Shown in pieces: positions 7,257 to 14,689 of a stretch of DNA of 43,199 nucleotides. Within the stretch, counting starts at the first letter, position 1; each line of letters starts with the position of its first letter. The notes under the pieces are model-generated. The model had not been told where the DNA came from, did no database searches, and was given only the letters and a program-made list of their open reading frames with translations. The DNA lies in NCBI GenBank assembly GCA_011390315.1, contig JAABSQ010000151.1:1-43199 (forward strand), written 5' to 3'. The translations under genes were made by a program, and so were the position numbers. Source of the DNA: Desulfobacteraceae bacterium. Its GTDB lineage: Bacteria > Desulfobacterota > Desulfobacteria > Desulfobacterales > Desulfococcaceae.

Positions 7257-9011
7257 ATGGGCTCTTCTTTCAGGCTTTCCCTTCGCATCTGGACCAGCAT
7301 CGGAATTCTGATTTTCGGCTATCTCTTTTCTCTGGCCTTCGCCTCCTCCATGTCCGTCCAAATACAAAACGATCTGCCCGCCATATCCGCTTTTGCGGTT
7401 ACTTCCACAGAACTCAGCCAAGACATTCCCGCCCATTTCGATGAACAGATTCGAAATTACGGCAAAGCCATCATCACCGGTGATCCGGCCATGCTGGAAA
7501 AGGCCGAAGCCGAGGCGGCCCGGGTCAAATCGAGTCTGGGCCGGCTCAGAAACCTCGAAGGCGTCAGCCCCGTTTTAAAAGAGCAGATCGATTCCCTGAC
7601 GGCGAGGCTGGACCGGTATACCAAAGCCACCGAGACCGTCCTCAGAGGGAGTCGGGACGGGAATACCGGCCTGGAAATGTTGCGCCGGGTGAATCAGCTT
7701 CGAGAAGAACAAAACGCATTGAAAAGCGCTCTGGATCAGATATCGGTCCATGTGCGGCAAAACCTTTCTCACAATGTGGATACCCTGATCGAGGAGATGA
7801 CCCGGCGCAATCTCTACAACCTGGGTCTGTCCATCGCCATCGTGCTCTCCTCTCTGGTCATCATTTACTGGTTTATTCAAAAATCCATTTTAGGGGTGCT
7901 GTTCGAAATCACCGAACGGCTCTTTGAATCCTCCAACAAAGTAACCGCCATCTCATCGGAGATATCCATAGGGAGTCGGCAGTTGGCCGAGGGCGCCACG
8001 GAGCAGGCGGCCTCCATCACCCAGGCCACTTCCGCCCTGGAAGAGATCGCCTCGATGACCAAACAGAATGCGGAAGACATTCAGATGGCCAGCCGGGCCC
8101 GCATGGAGACTCACGAATCGATTCAGATGTTGAGCGACTACATGAAAAAGACCGCCGAGGCCATGGACACCATCAAAATGCGCGGGGAAGCGATCGGCAA
8201 TATTATTCAGACCATCAACGACATCGCCTTTCAGACCAACCTGCTCGCCTTGAATGCCGCGGTCGAAGCGGCCCGTGCCGGCGAAGTCGGGGCCGGCTTC
8301 GCGGTGGTGGCCGGCGAGGTCCGGAATCTGGCCGGACGCTCGGCCCGGGCGGCCCGGGACACCCGGGAGCTGATCGAAAATACGGTGGAGGAGATTCGAA
8401 AGGGGTCACGCCTTCAGGAGGAGACCCATGAAACCTTTACCGCCACCATGGAACAGAATGTTCGGATGGGGGAACAGATTCAAAGGGTATCCGATGCCTC
8501 CCGGGAGCAGGTTCAGCGGATCGAGGAGATCAGCGCCACCATGGTCGAGATCGACGAAGTGGTTCAGCAGAATGCATCCAATGCCGAAATATTCGCATCG
8601 GTGTTCATGAAACTGAACGGACAGTCGGAAAGGATGAGCTATTTTATTCGAAGGCTCAAGGGGCTGACGGAAAGACGGGAACAGATACGGGTCAAAATCG
8701 CCATAAAAGGAAAATTCCACGCAACCGAGACCGGCCTCACCGAATCCTTCATGACCTCCGACGTCAGCGCAGGCGGCGCCTCCGTCATCACCTCCGGGCC
8801 GCTGGAGGTCGGCGCCGAAGGCGAACTGGACATGAGTTCCGGATCCATTCGATTTCCCTGGCTGCGGGCCCGGGTGGTCCGCTCCCACGAAAATTCCGAA
8901 CCGGGCAAATATCAGGTGGGGCTCCAGTTCATCGATATCAGCCCGCAGTTGGAGGAGGTGCTGGTGGATATTCTCAGCACCAATCTGGAGGAGGATTTTA
9001 TGGAGTTATAG
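7257..9011 (+). CDS. Methyl-accepting chemotaxis protein with C-terminal PilZ domain
   Basis: ORF 7158..9011 trimmed to ATG 7257 ([24 protein letters not shown]..., AGGGAG RBS). Two TM segments flank a sensor region. MCP signalling hairpin [21 protein letters not shown]. The C-terminal about 110 aa (from about 8673) carries RREQIR and DVSAGG PilZ motifs. Confidence 0.85.
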   Translation: MGSSFRLSLRIWTSIGILIFGYLFSLAFASSMSVQIQNDLPAISAFAVTSTELSQDIPAHFDEQIRNYGKAIITGDPAMLEKAEAEAARVKSSLGRLRNLEGVSPVLKEQIDSLTARLDRYTKATETVLRGSRDGNTGLEMLRRVNQLREEQNALKSALDQISVHVRQNLSHNVDTLIEEMTRRNLYNLGLSIAIVLSSLVIIYWFIQKSILGVLFEITERLFESSNKVTAISSEISIGSRQLAEGATEQAASITQATSALEEIASMTKQNAEDIQMASRARMETHESIQMLSDYMKKTAEAMDTIKMRGEAIGNIIQTINDIAFQTNLLALNAAVEAARAGEVGAGFAVVAGEVRNLAGRSARAARDTRELIENTVEEIRKGSRLQEETHETFTATMEQNVRMGEQIQRVSDASREQVQRIEEISATMVEIDEVVQQNASNAEIFASVFMKLNGQSERMSYFIRRLKGLTERREQIRVKIAIKGKFHATETGLTESFMTSDVSAGGASVITSGPLEVGAEGELDMSSGSIRFPWLRARVVRSHENSEPGKYQVGLQFIDISPQLEEVLVDILSTNLEEDFMEL

Positions 9012-9013
9012 CC

Positions 9014-9049
9014 GCGGAGGAAGGCTCAAAACTAAGCCGCCATTTTTTT
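9014..9049 (+). terminator. Weak terminator-like element after the MCP gene
   Basis: Short GGCT/AGCC stem followed by T7. The stem is poor. Confidence 0.25.
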
Positions 9050-9056
9050 GAATTCG

Positions 9057-9082
9057 ACCATGAAAAACAACCATGAAAAACA
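9057..9082. repeat. Perfect tandem duplication, 13 nt x 2 (ACCATGAAAAACA)
   Basis: Read directly in the convergent intergenic region. Confidence 0.9.
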
Positions 9083-9106
9083 TGCAGGGTACGCCTTACG
9101 GCCTGA

Positions 9107-9802
9107 TTAAAATCCGAACCGGCCGTTGATCAGCACCACGATGACCTCGGTCATCATCGGCTTGCGATGCAAAATGGTGGTAATGCGGCAAATCCGCTGG
9201 GGCGCGTTGCAGTCGCTGCACACCCCGGTTTCCGCGCAAGGGGTTTCCATATGGAGGCTTTTGGCCCGCATGGGGGCGGCCACCTCCCGGACCCGCCGAA
9301 GGGCCGAATCGAGATCCGGCCTCACCTTGTTCATTCCGGCCACGATCACCACCTGTCCGCACCCGAAACTCATGGCATTGTTGCGATTGCCCACCCCGTC
9401 CACATTGACGATCTCTCCGGTGGCGGAAACCGCGTTGGCGCTGCACAGAAAACACTCGCATCGGCCCTGCCGCAGACGAAGCTCGAGATCGCTCAGACCG
9501 GTGTCCGTCTGCCAATGGTCATAGACCGTTTTGTTTTGCTCCTTCAGAATCTCGATCAGGCGAAGGTCCCGGGTGGTGGCGGAGCCGCCGAACCCGAAGC
9601 TCTTCTTCGGGGTGATACGCTCCAGAATGAGAGACCGGGCGGTCTCCGCATCGGGGGCCAGATGGGCCTCGAAACCGTGTCGGTTCAGATTTTTGACAGC
9701 CCGCTCGCCGAGCTTTTTCCACAGCCAGTGCTGATATGAATGGTCCATGCGCACCCATCGGTGAACCGGATGGCCATGATCAATGATCCGGAGGGGTTTC
9801 AT
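9107..9802 (-). CDS. LUD (lactate-utilisation, DUF162/YkgG-like) domain protein
   Basis: 231 aa. The family-typical GFGGSATT...CSANAVSATGEIVN...VIVAGMNKV layout is recognised by eye. C-terminal Cys cluster CAETGVCSDCNAPQRIC. Start codon choice is uncertain. Confidence 0.7.
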   Translation of the reverse strand: MKPLRIIDHGHPVHRWVRMDHSYQHWLWKKLGERAVKNLNRHGFEAHLAPDAETARSLILERITPKKSFGFGGSATTRDLRLIEILKEQNKTVYDHWQTDTGLSDLELRLRQGRCECFLCSANAVSATGEIVNVDGVGNRNNAMSFGCGQVVIVAGMNKVRPDLDSALRRVREVAAPMRAKSLHMETPCAETGVCSDCNAPQRICRITTILHRKPMMTEVIVVLINGRFGF

Positions 9803-9820
9803 CCGCCGCCGTATCCATGA

Positions 9821-11155
9821 TTATCGGCCTTCCAGATCCTTTATCCCTTTATAGAGGTACTCGAACAGAGCATCGATGTTTTCTTCATCCACCGAAGAAA
9901 AGGCGATCCGCATATCCCGATCTCCGGTGGCGATGAGACCGACCCGGTAGGTATCCAGAAGATGGGTGCGCAGGGCTTCCGCCTCTACCGTCTTCAGCTT
10001 CAGACACATGAAGTATCCGGAATTGAACGGATAAATCTCCCAGGCATCCGCATACTTGGAATCTTCCGCCACCGTTTTGACCCGGTTGGCCCGTCCTTTC
10101 AAAAGGGCCACCTTTTCTTCCCGCTCCCGGGAGAAATTGTCGGACTGAAGGGTCTTCAAGACGATCCGCTGGCTGAGATGGCTGGCATTGGAAACGGTGC
10201 CGCGAATGTTGCCGGCCGTCTTCTTTTCGAGGGCTTCGTAGAGGGGGCCCGAATCCCCGCCCCTCAAGACCGGAATACCGTAAGTGACGAACCCCACTCG
10301 AAGGCCCCAGACGAACATCTCCTTGGTGGCCCCGTCCAGCTTCACCGCCAGCAGCCGCGGATGGCAGTCGCAGAGCCTGGCGAAGAGCGATTCTTTGATG
10401 GGCGCCTCTTCATATCTCAGGCCGAAATAGGCGTCGTCGGTCACCGCAATCACATTGGTCCCCTGCTCCGCCACCTCACACAGGATTTTGACGATCCCCT
10501 CCGCCTCCGGCTCATTGACGGTATACCCGGTGGGATTGTTGGGAAAATTGAGGAACACCACCACCTTGTAGTTGTTCTGAGCCTCATGCTCGATAATGGT
10601 TTTAAACCCCTCCAGATTGAACCCGCCGCTCGGGGTAAACATGGTAAACCGGCTGATGCGGGCATCCCCTCTCACCGACATAATCATGATGTTGTTGCCC
10701 CACATCTTATCCGGGAAAATCACCACGTCGTCGGGATCCAGAAACAGATCGGCGAACACGCTGATGCCGTGGGTAATGCCGTTGGTCGCCACCGGCAGAC
10801 TGACCGATTTGCCTTTCAGGGAAGGATTTTTCCGATACAGCGCCTCCTTCCAAGCCTGCCGCAATTCCGGAACCCCGAAGGAGGAGGCATAGGTCAGTGT
10901 TTCACTCGGCCGAAGCGCGTCGGTATTCAAATAGGACATCACCGACGGCAGGTACATGGTATCCAGATTCTCGGTGGCGATGCCGATGGTGGCGTTGAAC
11001 CCGGGGTCGGCCTTCTGCTTCGCCTCGCCGCTCTGACTCAGAATCCCCTTGGGAAAAAAGAGTCTGCGGCCGGTTTTGGAGAGCATCTCCGTCACATGGG
11101 GATTGGCGTTTTTGATGATGGCATTCAGTTCCTGGGCAAGGGGATTGATGCTCAT
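9821..11155 (-). CDS. Class I/II PLP-dependent aminotransferase
   Basis: 444 aa. NFPNNPTGY block and candidate PLP lysine in LDGATKEMFVWGLRVGF. Confidence 0.85.
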   Translation of the reverse strand: MSINPLAQELNAIIKNANPHVTEMLSKTGRRLFFPKGILSQSGEAKQKADPGFNATIGIATENLDTMYLPSVMSYLNTDALRPSETLTYASSFGVPELRQAWKEALYRKNPSLKGKSVSLPVATNGITHGISVFADLFLDPDDVVIFPDKMWGNNIMIMSVRGDARISRFTMFTPSGGFNLEGFKTIIEHEAQNNYKVVVFLNFPNNPTGYTVNEPEAEGIVKILCEVAEQGTNVIAVTDDAYFGLRYEEAPIKESLFARLCDCHPRLLAVKLDGATKEMFVWGLRVGFVTYGIPVLRGGDSGPLYEALEKKTAGNIRGTVSNASHLSQRIVLKTLQSDNFSREREEKVALLKGRANRVKTVAEDSKYADAWEIYPFNSGYFMCLKLKTVEAEALRTHLLDTYRVGLIATGDRDMRIAFSSVDEENIDALFEYLYKGIKDLEGR

Positions 11156-11298
11156 GGATAAAGGGTCCTTCCTTGAAAAAGGGTATCGTCACCGGTTCTT
11201 TCCACAAATAACCGCTATTTGTAATGGCTCAGCTGTAAAAATGCAAGGAGAAAAAAAGAAAGGCGCGGGGGAAGATGGAAAGGATGCGAAAACAGCAG

Positions 11299-11331
11299 AA
11301 AGCCCCCGTCGGCGGCGCCGAAAGGGGCTTT
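11299..11331 (-). terminator. Terminator hairpin after the PxxKW gene
   Basis: Minus strand AAAGCCCC-16 nt loop-GGGGCUUU followed by CUGCUGUUUUCG. Confidence 0.5.
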
Positions 11332-11344
11332 GATAAGGCTGCAA

Positions 11345-11632
11345 CTATTTTTTCTTGCTGCGGGCGCCGCGCTTGGAAGCCTTGAGCGGGTTGATTTTGG
11401 CCTGGGCCGCAGCCGCGGCTTTTATATGGGTGGCCATATTGCAGACTCCGTTCTTCCATTTTACGGACGGGTCCGGGGCCGCGCTGCAATAGGAGGCGTT
11501 ATCGAAATGGACGATGCGGCCGCACCCGTTGCACTGTTCGACGATTTCATGGCAGACCCCCCCGTTGAAGGAGCACCCCTTGGTGGACATGAAGGCACAA
11601 TTGGTCCCTTTTCTTACGGTATTGCAAAGCAT
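11345..11632 (-). CDS. PxxKW family cysteine-rich protein (function unknown)
   Basis: 95 aa with nine Cys. PDPSVKW matches the PxxKW family name I recall from automated annotation of anaerobe genomes. Lys/Arg-rich tail. AAGGAGAGG RBS. Confidence 0.7.
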   Translation of the reverse strand: MLCNTVRKGTNCAFMSTKGCSFNGGVCHEIVEQCNGCGRIVHFDNASYCSAAPDPSVKWKNGVCNMATHIKAAAAAQAKINPLKASKRGARSKKK

Positions 11633-11670
11633 GGGAAAAACCTCTCCTTTCGGAAATTTATATCGATATC

Positions 11671-11705
11671 AAAAAAAAAGCCGGGAGAGCCTGGACCTCC
11701 CCGGC
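11671..11705 (-). terminator. Strong intrinsic terminator between pepP and the PxxKW gene (in the PxxKW leader if the 11733-11761 promoter is real)
   Basis: Minus strand GCCGGGGAG-guccagg-CUCUCCCGGC (9 bp, one bulge) followed by U9. Confidence 0.7.
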
Positions 11706-11732
11706 AGTACCGGCTGATCAAAAATTTTGCAG

Positions 11733-11761
11733 AATATAATGGGATGAACGGGGGTTGTCAA
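11733..11761 (-). promoter_or_regulatory. Near-consensus sigma70-type promoter candidate upstream of the PxxKW gene
   Basis: Minus strand TTGACA-17 nt-TATATT. Confidence 0.5.
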
Positions 11762-11837
11762 GAAAAAAAAAGAAACGGGGATCGGCAAAAAAGCGGCTGT
11801 CGAGGTCACCCCATCGAGCTTATCCCGGCCTGTTGCT

Positions 11838-13127
11838 TCAAGATTGCATCAGGGATTCGATCTCCTCGGCCTCCACCGGAATGGTCTGCATCAGGTCCAC
11901 CGGGTCACCCGGGGTGATGAGGATATCGTTTTCGATTCGAATCCCCAGCCCCTCCTCCTTGATATAGATCCCCGGTTCACAGGAAAAGACCATGCCCGGT
12001 TCAAAGGACCGGTGCTTATCCCCGTAATCGTGGACATCCAACCCCATGTGGTGAGAGGTTCCGTGCATGAAATATTCTCGGTACAGCGGCTTTTCCGGGT
12101 CCTGGTCTTTCACCTTCAGGGCGTCCAGAAGGCCCAGTCCGATGAGTTCCCCCTCCATAATTTCCCCCACCCGTTTGTGGTAGTCCTTGAGGGTAATTCC
12201 CGGCCGCAGCATGTCGACGGCGGTACGCTGAACCCGCAGCACCGCATCATAAACCGCGCGCTGCCGTTCCGTGAACCGGCCGTTCACCGGAACGGTCCGG
12301 GTGAGATCGGAGGCGTAGTTGGCGTATTCGGCCCCGAAGTCCATGAGAACCAGTCCGCCGTCCTCGCATTGCTTGTCGTTTTTGATGTAGTGGAGCACGC
12401 AGGTATCGGCCCCGGATGCGATAATCGGATCATAGGCCGGGCCTCGGGACCTGTTTCGAAGAAACTCATGATAGAGCTCCGCCTCGATTTCATACTCCCA
12501 CACCCCCGGTCGAATCATGCCCAGTACCCGCCGAAAGGCCTTTTCGGTGATGCGGCAGGCCTGGCGCATCAGCTCCATTTCAATGGGCGATTTTAAGGCC
12601 CGCAGGTGGTGCATGATCGGGGCGATTCTGCGGTATCGATGCAGAGGAAAGGCCGACCGACACCATTCGATAAACCGATCGTCCCGGGTCTCTACGCTGA
12701 CATCCGCCCGGGAATGCTCATTGGTGTTGAGATAGATGAACTCGGACTCCAGGGCCAATTCCCTGAAGATTTCCTGGAACCGGGAGCTCCAGTAGACCTG
12801 CCGAATCCCCGAGACCGTCCCGGCCTCCTCCCGGGTGAATTTGCTCCCCTCCCAGACGGCGATTTTTTCACTGGTCTCCCGGACGAACAGTATCTCCCGG
12901 TGCTTTTCCTCCCGGGCGTCGGGGCAGATGACCAGAATCGTCTCCTCCTGGTCGATGCCGGAGAGATAAAAAAGATCGGTCTGCTGAATAAACCGCCGGA
13001 CCCCGTCGGCGCTTTTGGGCAGGATGTCGGCGGAATGAAAGACCGCCACCGATTTGGATTCCAGACGGGCCGCAAAGGCCTTTCGGTTTTCGATAAAAAG
13101 AGAATTATCGATGGGATGGTATTTCAT
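11838..13127 (-). CDS. pepP: Xaa-Pro aminopeptidase (M24B, aminopeptidase P family)
   Basis: 429 aa. N-terminal creatinase/prolidase-type domain plus pita-bread fold with metal ligand blocks DFGAEYANYASD, HGTSHHMGLDVHD and EPGIY...GIRIEND. Confidence 0.85.
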   Translation of the reverse strand: MKYHPIDNSLFIENRKAFAARLESKSVAVFHSADILPKSADGVRRFIQQTDLFYLSGIDQEETILVICPDAREEKHREILFVRETSEKIAVWEGSKFTREEAGTVSGIRQVYWSSRFQEIFRELALESEFIYLNTNEHSRADVSVETRDDRFIEWCRSAFPLHRYRRIAPIMHHLRALKSPIEMELMRQACRITEKAFRRVLGMIRPGVWEYEIEAELYHEFLRNRSRGPAYDPIIASGADTCVLHYIKNDKQCEDGGLVLMDFGAEYANYASDLTRTVPVNGRFTERQRAVYDAVLRVQRTAVDMLRPGITLKDYHKRVGEIMEGELIGLGLLDALKVKDQDPEKPLYREYFMHGTSHHMGLDVHDYGDKHRSFEPGMVFSCEPGIYIKEEGLGIRIENDILITPGDPVDLMQTIPVEAEEIESLMQS

Positions 13128-13145
13128 GAATGCCCTTCATTCCAT

Positions 13146-13316
13146 TCACTGGAAAAAGCGTTTTATGATCATGTATGCGGCGTACCCGACGCCCCAGCCC
13201 GCGGCCAGAAGGATTCACGGTCGGCAGAAGGGGCTCGACCGAAGCTTCCAGCCCAGAACGGCCGAGACCGCGATCCCGGCGCCGATTCCCACCACCTTGG
13301 GTATCCAGCTGTCCAT
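13146..13316 (-). CDS. Candidate small two-TM membrane protein with in-frame TGA (possible CxxU selenoprotein); otherwise a 33-aa peptide ending at 13215
   Basis: Own translation: MDSWIPKVVGIGAGIAVSAVLGWKLRSSPFCRP-TGA-ILLAAGWGVGYAAYMIIKRFFQ-TGA. ATG overlaps the PaaK-like stop (TAATG). Not in the ORF track because each half is under 60 aa. Confidence 0.3.
13179..13193 (-). other. Hairpin downstream of the in-frame TGA (candidate SECIS core)
   Basis: Minus strand GGCGU-CGGGU-ACGCC. The stem starts 22 nt after the TGA at 13215-13217. Confidence 0.2.
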
Positions 13317-14623
13317 TATACGATCGAATCCTGAATGCGGTTGTCGAAAACCCGGCGACTCTTGCGCTCGGACCGGGGAAGGGCGCCGTAGTCGACGATC
13401 TCCACCGTGGGGGTGACCAGGACCTTGCGTTTCATCTGCCGGACCACCTCCCGGGCCAGTTCATGGGACCGGCCCCGGCCCACGCCCTGCCCCAGTTCCA
13501 CCACCAGCCGCATGACGCCCCGCTCCGAGGCATCCCGGTACAGATGGATCTGATACTCGGAACCGATCCCATCCACACCGGACAGAACCGAATCGATGGT
13601 GGAGGGATAGATGTTCACGGCCCGGAATTTAAACATGTCGTCGGTCCGTCCCTTGATGCGGGAGTGCCGGGGCAGCACCGTGCCGCAGGTGCAGGGGCCG
13701 GGAATGATGCGGGTGATGTCCCGGGTGCGGTACCGGATCAGAGGCGCCGCCTCTTTGCGCAGGGTGGTCACCACCATCTCCCCCCATTCGCCTTCTTTGA
13801 CCGGGGTCAGGGTGTCGGGGTCCAGGACCTCCAGCAGATAGTAGTCGGCCCAGTAATGGATGCAGTCGTGGTGAGGGCACTCGATCCCCACCCCGGGTCC
13901 GTACAGCTCGGTCAGACCGGTGATGTCGAAAAGCTCCGCTCCGCCCAGAAGCTCCGAGATTTTGTTTCGCATGGAGACCGATGACCGCTCCGACCCGTAA
14001 ATCACCTTTTTAAGGCGAATCCGGTCCCGAATCCCCCGGCGGTGGACCTCTTCAGCCATCAGCAACCCCATCGAAGCGGTGCAGCAGAGCACGGTGGCGC
14101 CGAGATCCTCCAGAAACCGGCACTGCATGTCCACATTTCCGGGTCCCACCGGCAGGGCCATGGCCCCCAGTTTTTCGCAGGCGGCCTGAAACCCGGCCCC
14201 GGCGGTCCAGACCCCGTACCCTACCGCGATCTGAACCCGATCCCGGGGGGTGACGCCTGCCATTTCATAGGCCCGGGCAAAAAAATGGGTCCAGTCGTCT
14301 ATGTCTTTCCGGGTGTAGCAGAGATTCTTGCGTTTTCCGGTGGTGCCGCTGGATGAATGGATGCGAACCACCTGCTCATCCGGAACCGCGCACAGGGGCA
14401 GCGGGTATCCGTCCCGAAGGTCGTCCGCTGTGGTGAAGGGAAGATTTTTCAGATCAGCCAGGGTCCGGATGTCGGTGGGGGCCACCCCGGCCCGGTCCAG
14501 TTTGGCCCGGTACGCCGAAGACCCGGCGTAGGCATGGGCCACCGTCCATTGAAGCCCTTTTAGCTGAAGGGCTTCAAGCTCGGTCTGGGTGCTGAATTCC
14601 GGTCCGAAGATCGGTGTCGTCAT
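13316..14623 (-). CDS. Phenylacetate-CoA ligase family protein (PaaK-like / coenzyme F390 synthetase-like)
   Basis: ORF 13316..14671 trimmed to ATG 14623 (MTTPIFGPEF..., GGAGC RBS). SSGTTGKRK AMP-binding motif and family-typical N-terminal LQLKGLQWTV...LPFTTADDLRDGYP. Confidence 0.85.
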   Translation of the reverse strand: MTTPIFGPEFSTQTELEALQLKGLQWTVAHAYAGSSAYRAKLDRAGVAPTDIRTLADLKNLPFTTADDLRDGYPLPLCAVPDEQVVRIHSSSGTTGKRKNLCYTRKDIDDWTHFFARAYEMAGVTPRDRVQIAVGYGVWTAGAGFQAACEKLGAMALPVGPGNVDMQCRFLEDLGATVLCCTASMGLLMAEEVHRRGIRDRIRLKKVIYGSERSSVSMRNKISELLGGAELFDITGLTELYGPGVGIECPHHDCIHYWADYYLLEVLDPDTLTPVKEGEWGEMVVTTLRKEAAPLIRYRTRDITRIIPGPCTCGTVLPRHSRIKGRTDDMFKFRAVNIYPSTIDSVLSGVDGIGSEYQIHLYRDASERGVMRLVVELGQGVGRGRSHELAREVVRQMKRKVLVTPTVEIVDYGALPRSERKSRRVFDNRIQDSIV

Positions 14624-14689
14624 GGAATGCTCCGCTTCGGCGGTTGACGTCCAACCGCATTGCCGATTCAATTTCGGGTCAATTCCAGT

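Noticed and set aside
9057-9082. Short tandem repeats (13 nt x 2 here, 9 nt x 2 at 28780-28797) as possible CRISPR or VNTR loci
   Set aside because: Only two copies each, with no spacers and no cas genes. They are simple duplications in intergenic DNA.
9800-9823. Aminotransferase and LUD-domain ORFs are in the same frame, separated by one stop, suggesting readthrough or selenocysteine
   Set aside because: The intervening stop is TAA (9821-9823), not TGA. The two proteins are complete, unrelated families.
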